Of a stretch of 25,378 nucleotides of DNA, positions 17,087 to 24,722 are shown one piece after another; positions within the stretch are counted from its first letter, which is position 1, and each line of letters opens with the position of its first letter. Position numbers and translations under genes: made by a program. The stretch comes from Planctomycetota bacterium (lineage in GTDB: Bacteria > Planctomycetota > GCA-002687715 > DRQF01). The notes under the pieces are model-generated. The model made no database searches, was not told where the DNA came from, and worked only from the letters and a program-made list of their open reading frames with translations. Where the stretch lies: NCBI GenBank assembly GCA_027001995.1, contig JALTLO010000176.1, forward strand, positions 3,750 through 29,127, given 5' to 3'.

Positions 17087-17839
17087 TGTTTCCACCTCCG
17101 GTTCAGTGTAAGGAACAACACATTCAATGAGTTCCTCATAGGCTAGGTCGGTTGACTCCAGAATATAATATGTGGCACTCTCCAAGAAGCTTTCTCCTTG
17201 GATTTCTCGGTAGGCCTGCTCGAAGTAATGAGCCCATTCCCTGAGCAAAGAACCGAAGTACTCATCGTAGATGTGTTTAAGAAATAGCAGGGCCAAGATG
17301 GTGGTGTGGGTATTGGCGGGACCTTCCTGGCGAATTTGCTGGTCGGAAACCTGGGACAAATCCACCAGCTTGTATTTGAGCTCCACAGCAGCGTCGTCTG
17401 TAGACTCCCTGGGATCCTCACGGCCATAGAAATCGCTGAGCTTGGTGGGCGAATTCCATTTTCGATGTCCATTGTAGAGGACCACGGGAATAATCTCGGG
17501 GACCTCGCGGCGGGACCTGTCTTCCACTCCCTGGGATTCAAAGATCTTGGCCACGTAGCGAAATAACCTCACAGGCATCATAGCGAACGGGGTGCTTTGA
17601 TGTTCCATCAAGACGTAAATGTAGACAGACCCACCGCCAAACTTCTTCACTTTGAAGAGGAAGTCCACTTCGTGCCTGAGATGTTCTGAGTCAACGAAAT
17701 TCCCTGGGACAAGCTCCAATGTGGAGAGATCGTGGTCCAGAGCAAATTGTTGACCTAAGAAGGTCACCAGCACAGCGGCAACATGAACTGGAGTTGAGAA
17801 AACGTTGCGAAGAAAACGATCATGGTTGGTAGGCATCAC
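16847..17839 (-). CDS. Rpn/YhgA-like PD-(D/E)XK nuclease (recombination-promoting nuclease / Transposase_31 family), long form
   Basis: Motifs HDRFLRNVFS.P, DLSTLELVPGNFVD, EVDFLF, YIYVLMEHQS, MPVRLFRY and IIPVVLYNG, plus C-terminal GREEGREEG repeats and a DUF4351-like tail. AGGAG lies 6 nt before GTG 17839; alternative ATG 17836. Confidence 0.9.
   Translation of the reverse strand: MMPTNHDRFLRNVFSTPVHVAAVLVTFLGQQFALDHDLSTLELVPGNFVDSEHLRHEVDFLFKVKKFGGGSVYIYVLMEHQSTPFAMMPVRLFRYVAKIFESQGVEDRSRREVPEIIPVVLYNGHRKWNSPTKLSDFYGREDPRESTDDAAVELKYKLVDLSQVSDQQIRQEGPANTHTTILALLFLKHIYDEYFGSLLREWAHYFEQAYREIQGESFLESATYYILESTDLAYEELIECVVPYTEPEVETLIKTTGQKLREEGRVQGREEGREEGRAEATAKALRIILNSRFPRITVEQNRKIDDANLDQLVIYLKRVSAAKTVDEALR
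17011..17058 (-). repeat. Four imperfect 12-nt coding tandem repeats (REEG/RVQG units) in the Rpn C-terminus
   Basis: Plus strand ggccttcctcac / ggccttcctctc / gcccctggactc / ggccttcttctc. Confidence 0.75.
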
Positions 17840-17995
17840 AATGAGCTCCTACCATCAAGACGTCATTTCATGGGGACATGGCCCGGAAAATATTCAGTCT
17901 AAGTCAACGATGCCAACGGCCGCGGATGTCAGGTCCAATCTCTTGTAGCACCATCAAACCATTACTCCGGATCAGCCGCCTCTCACGCCCGCGTG

Positions 17996-18118
17996 GTAGC
18001 AGCGAGGGACTTCTTTGATCACAAACACTCTGCTACCTCTGGCCCTGTTGGGTTGTGAGAAAGTCTTCAGAATAAGCCGTTGTGCTGAGCTTTCCTTGGG
18101 AGGCATTTTCTCACACCC
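17996..18118. repeat. Two adjacent long-loop inverted repeats in the spacer between the GT4 and Rpn genes
   Basis: GGTAGCAG (17996-18003) / CTGCTACC (18040-18047), and GGGTTGTGAGAAA (18050-18062) / TTTCTCACACCC (18107-18118). Confidence 0.5.
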
Positions 18119-18146
18119 CGCCCACAATCTCATGAATGAGTCGGGG

Positions 18147-19589
18147 TTAGGGATCTGGGTGGTCCGCGATCCATTGGAGGACGTCATTTTCTTCATCATC
18201 AATGGCGGACTGCTCTAGCTCTTCGTAGTGGCTGAGGATAGCCTCGAAGAGTTGGTCGTGAAACGCAGCGTCCGTTTTCATGTCTTTGAGAATTGGAATG
18301 CCACTTCTGAATTCGGCAAGAATTTTTCTATTCCCTGACAACTGAGACAGACAAGCAGCCAAGTCGATTGCTGAACCAGCTTTGAAATGAAAGCCTGACT
18401 TGCCGTGCTCAATCAACTCACTCATGCCACCTACATCCGAGCAAACAACCGGCACGCCAGCAGCAAACGCTTCATGGATGACCAAAGGTGAGTTTTCCCA
18501 CCAAATCGATGGCACGACCAAGACATCCAAGCTCGAGAGGATTCGAGGAATGTCCTTGGCAGGTGCTTTGCCCTTGAGACGGACACTCTGGCCAAAGGAA
18601 TCACCCAATTTCTGAACATATTCCGGTTTCGCTTCAATGTCGCCATAGAGTTCAGCTTCAAAAGAATCGGATTCCAAGTGCCCAAGAGCCTCTAAAAGGA
18701 CATGCACACCTTTCACCGGTTGCATCGAACCCAAAAAGCCAATACGCAATGGTCCATCGCCGTGGGGTGTCTTGGTGAGATTGCGGAAATCACGCATCTC
18801 TGTGCCATAGTCGGAATGAACGATACAATCAGCATCCACTCCGAACTCCAAGAAACGATCTCTCAAGAAGCGAGAAGGTGCGATCAAACAATCCACGCTT
18901 TCCAATAGATCCCGAACACTGGCCTCCCTGAGCAAGAGGCCCTTCTTCATTTTTTCGATTTGGCTTTCTGCTGGCACAAAAGTGGTATCTGACAAACGAC
19001 GAAGACGCAGTTTCCGCGCTGTCGCTTTCAGGTTCATGCCGGTGAGTTTCTTCACTCCCAAGATTCCCCGTAGCATCCAAACATCAACATTTGATCTCCC
19101 CCACATGAATCGCGACATACAAGAAGAGCACTTCTCAAGCCCTGGCCCATCGCAACGATTCTCATCAGCATCGAAGAGTTGGCCATTCCTAGCACAAAGC
19201 AACCAGTACTCGTGCAAAGTCATGACGCTAGGTACCCCAAAGGACTGGGCAATGGCGCCATAGTTCAAACTGTGATGGAGGAGATGTTGAAAATGAACAA
19301 TGTCAGGTTGCTCCACTTGCAATACGCGCGCAAAGAGCTTCTCCATCGAGGGGTCGGCATAGCTATGGGCAAAGTTGGCATACTTGCGATGATTTTGCAC
19401 GGTGATCACCCGCAGGCCATCCACATCCGTTATTTCACGGCTGTAATTGCGACGCATGAGATCGTCATCGGCAGCAAACACGGTGACGTCATGCTCTAGA
19501 GCTAAACGTTGGGCCAAACGGTAGCTATAGAGTTCGGCACCGGTATGGTGGCGAGGTAAAAAGCGATGAACAACCGTGAGTATCTTCAT
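18147..19589 (-). CDS. Glycosyltransferase family 4
   Basis: MKILTVVHRFLP..GAE, HFQHL, TLHEYW, KGVHVL and VPSIWWENSPLVIHEA. ATGA overlap with the upstream GT2. Confidence 0.92.
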   Translation of the reverse strand: MKILTVVHRFLPRHHTGAELYSYRLAQRLALEHDVTVFAADDDLMRRNYSREITDVDGLRVITVQNHRKYANFAHSYADPSMEKLFARVLQVEQPDIVHFQHLLHHSLNYGAIAQSFGVPSVMTLHEYWLLCARNGQLFDADENRCDGPGLEKCSSCMSRFMWGRSNVDVWMLRGILGVKKLTGMNLKATARKLRLRRLSDTTFVPAESQIEKMKKGLLLREASVRDLLESVDCLIAPSRFLRDRFLEFGVDADCIVHSDYGTEMRDFRNLTKTPHGDGPLRIGFLGSMQPVKGVHVLLEALGHLESDSFEAELYGDIEAKPEYVQKLGDSFGQSVRLKGKAPAKDIPRILSSLDVLVVPSIWWENSPLVIHEAFAAGVPVVCSDVGGMSELIEHGKSGFHFKAGSAIDLAACLSQLSGNRKILAEFRSGIPILKDMKTDAAFHDQLFEAILSHYEELEQSAIDDEENDVLQWIADHPDP

Positions 19590-20527
19590 TCAGAACTGCT
19601 GCGTGGTGGGCGGGGTTGAAATCCAAATAAGCCATGAATGAGTCCCAACCCCTTGGCCAGAACTCCCTTGGTACGTCCTCTTAGGATACCGGCAACAAGC
19701 ACAAGAGGCCAGCACAGGACATCCAACAGCAGAAAAGCCCCCCAAAGGGCCCAGCTCCCCTGTTTCTTCAAGAACAAGACTAAATTGTAGGCCACCATAT
19801 ATTTGCGCCAAGGCCCATATCCACGCCCTGACGTCGAGCCGGCGGCGTGAAACAGCTCAGCCTTGGGGACATAAAGGCAATCCCATCCCATTTTCTTACC
19901 ACGAATAGAAAGCTCAAGATCTTCGACATAGACAAAGAAATCTTCGTCAAAAAGTCCGCCAGCTTCGAGGAATGGCCGGCGCAGAAGGAGGCCGCACCCT
20001 GTCAAAGCCCCTACTTTCTCCTCCCGGTCGAACTGCCCCACATCGAACTTGCCGAATCCCCGCAAGTCCTGAAGATTGGGGAAAAAGCCCACATTGACCC
20101 CGGCGCACCAAAGCTTGGGTCCGTCATCTAAGAAGATCTTCCCCCCGAGGAGACCTGCATTGGGATGCTGAGAAGCGGCATCTAGCAGATACTTGAGAGC
20201 ATCAGGAGCCAGGCGCGCATCGTTGTTGAGCAGAAAGACAAAATCGACTGAAAGCTCAAGAGCCCGGCGAATCCCCTGATTACATGCCTTGGCAAATCCC
20301 AAGTTTTCGCGGTTACAAATGACCTCCAGCTCAGGCGATCGAATCGAACGCAGGAAATCAGCAGAGCCGTCGGTGGAGGCATTATCAATGATGATGGTGA
20401 TTGTTGGCGACAAAGAACTCTTGCCGAGGTGCTTCAGGCATGAAAATGTGAGATCGCCACCATTAAAATTGACAAGAACAACAGCGACGCTTTCCCCACC
20501 TGATCCTTGTATCTCACCATTTGCCAT
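19586..20527 (-). CDS. Glycosyltransferase family 2 (WbbL/rhamnosyltransferase-like)
   Basis: VVLVNFN, IIDNASTDGS, NLGFAKACNQG, LLNND, TGCGLL and FDEDFFVYVEDLE. Confidence 0.92.
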   Translation of the reverse strand: MANGEIQGSGGESVAVVLVNFNGGDLTFSCLKHLGKSSLSPTITIIIDNASTDGSADFLRSIRSPELEVICNRENLGFAKACNQGIRRALELSVDFVFLLNNDARLAPDALKYLLDAASQHPNAGLLGGKIFLDDGPKLWCAGVNVGFFPNLQDLRGFGKFDVGQFDREEKVGALTGCGLLLRRPFLEAGGLFDEDFFVYVEDLELSIRGKKMGWDCLYVPKAELFHAAGSTSGRGYGPWRKYMVAYNLVLFLKKQGSWALWGAFLLLDVLCWPLVLVAGILRGRTKGVLAKGLGLIHGLFGFQPRPPRSSSE

Positions 20528-20626
20528 GGCCTAATCCTACGAGGCGGAGAAGATTAGTAAAGGCCATTTGCTTTCGAGCTGCTGACCCATCGTTAGATTT
20601 AGCCGCAAAAGACCGCCAGGCCCATA

Positions 20627-21634
20627 TCAGTGAGTCGGGAGTGAACAGTCTTCATGGGTGCACACTTTCCGATGTTTGAGACAATAGGGAAGGAGGCAAA
20701 TCGCATTCAAAGTCGCCTTGATGCAAATCCACAATCCTCCTTTGGTGTCACCAATAAGAGCTGCGCCACCAATGGAACCCACCGCATCAGCAGTCACTTC
20801 GCTCTCAGATTTCTTCTTGCGAAGAGGCTTGGTGACCATGGCGAAGACAAACCCAAGGATGGCCAACCAACCGACATTCTTGAACAAATAGAGCCAAAGG
20901 TTACGCACATGATAGTAGAGGCTTCTCGGCCCCTTCTTCATGCCAAATGGCGTACCGTGCTTAACCACCACATCTGGATATTGGAGAATACGGAACCCCA
21001 GATTCATCACACGGCAAGAAAGATCCCTCTCGTTGCCATAAATGAAAAACCGCACGTCATAGTAACCGGCAGCCTTCAAGACATCGCGTCTAGCCATGGT
21101 TGCACAACCACGAAACGTCGACATGTAGCGTTCGGTGTTCACTGTAGGGTCGTTCTTATACCAGTCAGGCATTTCTGGTTCGACCACACGACTGGAGATA
21201 AAACCAGTGGTGTCGGGCTCAGTGACGAATTTCGCCAACATCTTCTCGACCCAATCGGTGGGCATGATGATGTCATCATCGAGAATCGCGACAAATTGGG
21301 TCGTCGCATTGCCAAATCCGATGTTGAAAGTCTCACACGCCCCGTAGTTGGAATTGGGCATCTCAATGAAGTGAACCTCGGGAAACTCGCCCCGAATCAT
21401 CGCTTGGGTCCCGTCACTTGAATGATTGTCCACGACGATCACTTCGTCGAACTTAATGGTCTGTTTGCGAATCGCTTCCAAGTTCAGGCGCACGTCCTTG
21501 ATTTTATTGAAAGACGTCATCACCGCGGCCGTCGTGGCCCGGCCTATCCTGGAATCCTGATTCAGGTAGAGTTTCCGGGCTTTCTCCGCCTCCTGAGGCG
21601 TTGCCTGGGGAATTATCTCTTTTTGTTCAGTCAT
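20627..21634 (-). CDS. Glycosyltransferase family 2
   Basis: VIVVDNHSSDGT, NYGACETFNIG, AILDDD and GYYDVRFFIYGNERDL. 8-nt overlap with the upstream gene. Confidence 0.9.
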   Translation of the reverse strand: MTEQKEIIPQATPQEAEKARKLYLNQDSRIGRATTAAVMTSFNKIKDVRLNLEAIRKQTIKFDEVIVVDNHSSDGTQAMIRGEFPEVHFIEMPNSNYGACETFNIGFGNATTQFVAILDDDIIMPTDWVEKMLAKFVTEPDTTGFISSRVVEPEMPDWYKNDPTVNTERYMSTFRGCATMARRDVLKAAGYYDVRFFIYGNERDLSCRVMNLGFRILQYPDVVVKHGTPFGMKKGPRSLYYHVRNLWLYLFKNVGWLAILGFVFAMVTKPLRKKKSESEVTADAVGSIGGAALIGDTKGGLWICIKATLNAICLLPYCLKHRKVCTHEDCSLPTH

Positions 21635-22406
21635 GGGAAGGTCCTGGTTTCATGCCGTCGGTAACGCTTAATAGATCGTCTACCATGGTCTTGAATGTAT
21701 CGGCGGATTCTGCCCTCACTTGGAGGTAACCTTCACAGCGAAGGACAGCGTCATCGGGAATGTTGGCACAGCGGGCCACATCCAAGGCTCGCACCTTCCC
21801 TAAGATGTCGTGATGCATCAGTTGGCTTTCATAACAAGCGAGTGCCTGATCTTTTTGGTCACCCAAAACGGTGATGTCCAAGAGGAAATTGCAGGGCATC
21901 AAAGAACCAACCTCATAGAGAATGAGTTTTTCTTGGCGGCCCCGGGCGGTCCAGGCATCAAATCCAAATAAGAATGCAGCCTTGTGATCTGGGTGCAACT
22001 CAAAAGGCGATGGGATTGCCAGAGTCTTTCCCTCCGCCCCAGCCAGCACCTGTGAAAGTTTCTCGACGCCACTTTCGGGATCAGCCTGGTAAATGGGCGC
22101 AAGAGACCCATCCTCAAACCCCAAGAATCTTGTGTCCTTGCTACCCAGAAAACGAGCGGCGGCTAAGCACTCCGCTTCGCGCCTGGCAACATATTCGTCA
22201 CTTTGATCCCCTCCCGGATCGCCAAGCCTACCATTGGTCATAACTGCAACAGTGACCGCTTCATTGGCTAATTTATGGCCCATGATGAGGCCACCGGCCC
22301 CAATGACTTCATCGTCTGGGTGAGGTGAAACCACCACTAAAGGACCACAGACGGGCCCAGTGGGTGGCAGGAGAGGCTCCCACTGTCGAAAGTAGGGTTT
22401 CGTCAT
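21627..22406 (-). CDS. PIG-L / LmbE family N-acetylhexosamine deacetylase
   Basis: SPHPDDEVIGAGG, TNG..G, RREAE, HPDH, YE and K..AL.CY.SQ. TGATG 1-nt overlap with the upstream gene. Confidence 0.92.
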   Translation of the reverse strand: MTKPYFRQWEPLLPPTGPVCGPLVVVSPHPDDEVIGAGGLIMGHKLANEAVTVAVMTNGRLGDPGGDQSDEYVARREAECLAAARFLGSKDTRFLGFEDGSLAPIYQADPESGVEKLSQVLAGAEGKTLAIPSPFELHPDHKAAFLFGFDAWTARGRQEKLILYEVGSLMPCNFLLDITVLGDQKDQALACYESQLMHHDILGKVRALDVARCANIPDDAVLRCEGYLQVRAESADTFKTMVDDLLSVTDGMKPGPSHD

Positions 22407-23263
22407 CAGCCCTTTTGTTCCAACTGATTGATACGTTGCTCCAAATTGGCAATGCGAACCAAGAGATCTTCAACCACAGCGGCGGTTCCAATGAGGCGCC
22501 CTCGCCCCTCCTGAATCAGAACCATCATGTCCCCAACGGCCGTGTGAAGATATTTCTTGCACAAGAGTTCATGAGTTTCAGCAAACTCCCGGCGCATGGA
22601 TGTCACCGCGTTGGTGTCATCGGTTCGAATCTGGAATTGGGCAGTCTTTTGCTTGATATGGTGAAATTCGTGATCGAAGGCGTAGCGAAAGAAGAGATCA
22701 AGATCTTCCAGGACAGGAAGATGTTCGTCGAACCCGCCCTGTTGCTCGAAAAGCTTGCGGTGATGACAAAAAGTGACCAAATGGATGTAGCAACCGCAGT
22801 AGAAACCTGCTCGGGAGAAGTCTTCTGATGGTCCTTCGCCCACAGCAGTGATGACGTAATCGCCGGATTCTTCCCCGGGCTCTTCCGTGCCCCGATTAGC
22901 ATCCGTGTAAAGCACCATAGCACCGGTCCTTTTGGCTTCGTGCATAAGGACTTGAACATGGTCAGGATAATAAAAATCATCGTCGTCGAGATAGCAGATC
23001 CACTCGCCGGTTGACTGAGCGATTCCTTCATTGGCGGCTCGACAGCGACCTGGCTTTTTGTCCACGGGATAATTCAGATAGATGATGTCAAAATTCGCAC
23101 TGAATTCATCAACCACGTCTTGAACATCGCAGCCTGCGTCATTGATGACAACAGCTTCGATATTCTTGTATGTTTGGCGGCCAACGGACTCGAGGGCTCG
23201 CCGGAGCATTTTGGGTCGATTGAATGTTCGGATGATGATCGACACCCGTGGTTCAGTCGTCAT
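22406..23263 (-). CDS. Glycosyltransferase family 2 with a short C-terminal coiled coil
   Basis: VSIIIRTFNRP, VINDAG, YLDDDD and GGFDEHLPVLEDLDL. C-terminus VEDLLVRIANLEQRINQLEQKG. Confidence 0.92.
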   Translation of the reverse strand: MTTEPRVSIIIRTFNRPKMLRRALESVGRQTYKNIEAVVINDAGCDVQDVVDEFSANFDIIYLNYPVDKKPGRCRAANEGIAQSTGEWICYLDDDDFYYPDHVQVLMHEAKRTGAMVLYTDANRGTEEPGEESGDYVITAVGEGPSEDFSRAGFYCGCYIHLVTFCHHRKLFEQQGGFDEHLPVLEDLDLFFRYAFDHEFHHIKQKTAQFQIRTDDTNAVTSMRREFAETHELLCKKYLHTAVGDMMVLIQEGRGRLIGTAAVVEDLLVRIANLEQRINQLEQKG

Positions 23264-24722
23264 GATTGTCTTCTTTCGTGGCTTCTAGCAGAGCCTCAAT
23301 TCGTGTGGCCAAGGTGATATTTTGTTGGCGCAACGCCTCCAAGGCAACCGGGTCCCCTTGAATCGCTGCTTCAATTGTGTGCCTTTGACCTTCAGCAGCC
23401 AAGGCAAACCGGCCTACCTCGAAAAATCGCCGATTTCGATACTCCAATCGATCTCGTCCCAAATCGGGAACCGGCAAATCAACCGCTGGTGGACCAAGCC
23501 CAAGATAGATCTCCTCGATTTGTTTGGCATAGGTCCCGGAATCAACGACATCGCCGTAAGATCCTTGAGCAAACTGGGCCCGAGCTTGTTGATCCATCAT
23601 AACATCCAGCGCCTCGGTCAGAGCAGCCACGTCATTGGCAGGAACCACGAGCCCCCGGTCGCCCACACGGGCAGCCATGGCACCTCGGTCACTCACAATA
23701 ACGGGCATTCCAGCCAAGAGTGCCTCATCCAAGACAATAGAATGGGTTTCCTCACACAAAGAAGGAAAAACTCCAATATCGACATCAGCAATGAGTTCAG
23801 GTAGCGACTCGGCCTTATAAGGGCCAAGTAATTCGATTCTCGCGGCTCCAGCCCCTTCATGCAAGCTTGCAAGTAAATTGCCGTCCTTAATCTCGCCGAT
23901 GAGCTTCAATTTGATCCGTCTTGCATATGGAGATTTCGCCGCTGCTTGGACCAATATTTTTAGCCCTTTGATGGCGGAGAGGTTACCCCAATGCCCGACG
24001 GTGATGATGTCGTCGTCACGCTTCTCAAACGATTTGTTGGCAGAGAATTGCGTCGGCACCACACCGATGGGGAGCAGCCGTATTTTTTCGAAGACGGACC
24101 GAGGAAAACGCCCAAACCTAACGATGTTCTCTAACTGCCGTTTCCCTGAAATTAGAATGACGGAACTGAATAATAATTCACTCATCAAAGAACGGAATCT
24201 CATGTCTAATGAGTAGTTGAGTTCCCCCTCTTCCATGGGGCGATGCTGGCGCAAACAAGGAAGGCAGTTCTCTTTGCTCTCTGATTTCTCGCAGAATTCT
24301 TCGTTATTGGGCAACCGAAAGAACAAGGAACAAGTGGTCCAGTAATCGTGTAAAGTGATGACTGCCGGAACACCATTGCGCGCGGCAATGGCCACTAAGT
24401 CTGTGCTGAGATGGACCCAGTGATGCAGGTGCATCACATCTGGTTGAAATTGTCGAACTAAACTCTCGAAATACGATTCGCAGATGGGATCATGCACATC
24501 AACAGGACTCTTGTAGTCAGCAGACCTGAAGAAGCGAAGCACTCTTAGCCCCCTGTGCTCTTCTTCTAAGCAATGAGCTTCGGCCACCGCATCCGAGGCC
24601 CCACAAAAGATCCGCACTTCATGTCCGAGCTCTTGGAGTTCTAAAGCGAGCAGCTCGCAAGCACGCTCTGTTCCTCCGGTGAAGGCCGGAGGAAAGTTGT
24701 GGACCACCATGAGAATCTTCAT
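23253..24722 (-). CDS. Glycosyltransferase family 4
   Basis: MKILMVVHNFPP..GGTE, HLHHW, TLHDYW, IKG and FPSLCEETHSIVLDEA. ATGA overlap with the upstream gene. Confidence 0.92.
   Translation of the reverse strand: MKILMVVHNFPPAFTGGTERACELLALELQELGHEVRIFCGASDAVAEAHCLEEEHRGLRVLRFFRSADYKSPVDVHDPICESYFESLVRQFQPDVMHLHHWVHLSTDLVAIAARNGVPAVITLHDYWTTCSLFFRLPNNEEFCEKSESKENCLPCLRQHRPMEEGELNYSLDMRFRSLMSELLFSSVILISGKRQLENIVRFGRFPRSVFEKIRLLPIGVVPTQFSANKSFEKRDDDIITVGHWGNLSAIKGLKILVQAAAKSPYARRIKLKLIGEIKDGNLLASLHEGAGAARIELLGPYKAESLPELIADVDIGVFPSLCEETHSIVLDEALLAGMPVIVSDRGAMAARVGDRGLVVPANDVAALTEALDVMMDQQARAQFAQGSYGDVVDSGTYAKQIEEIYLGLGPPAVDLPVPDLGRDRLEYRNRRFFEVGRFALAAEGQRHTIEAAIQGDPVALEALRQQNITLATRIEALLEATKEDNHDD

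Noticed and set aside
16847..17839. Rpn gene as an active IS transposase
   Set aside because: No matching terminal inverted repeats or target duplication flank the gene, and the family is not established as true transposases.
20654..21421. 255-aa plus-strand ORF and the many other short antisense ORFs
   Set aside because: They lie antisense to well-supported genes and have no recognisable motifs, as expected for shadow ORFs.
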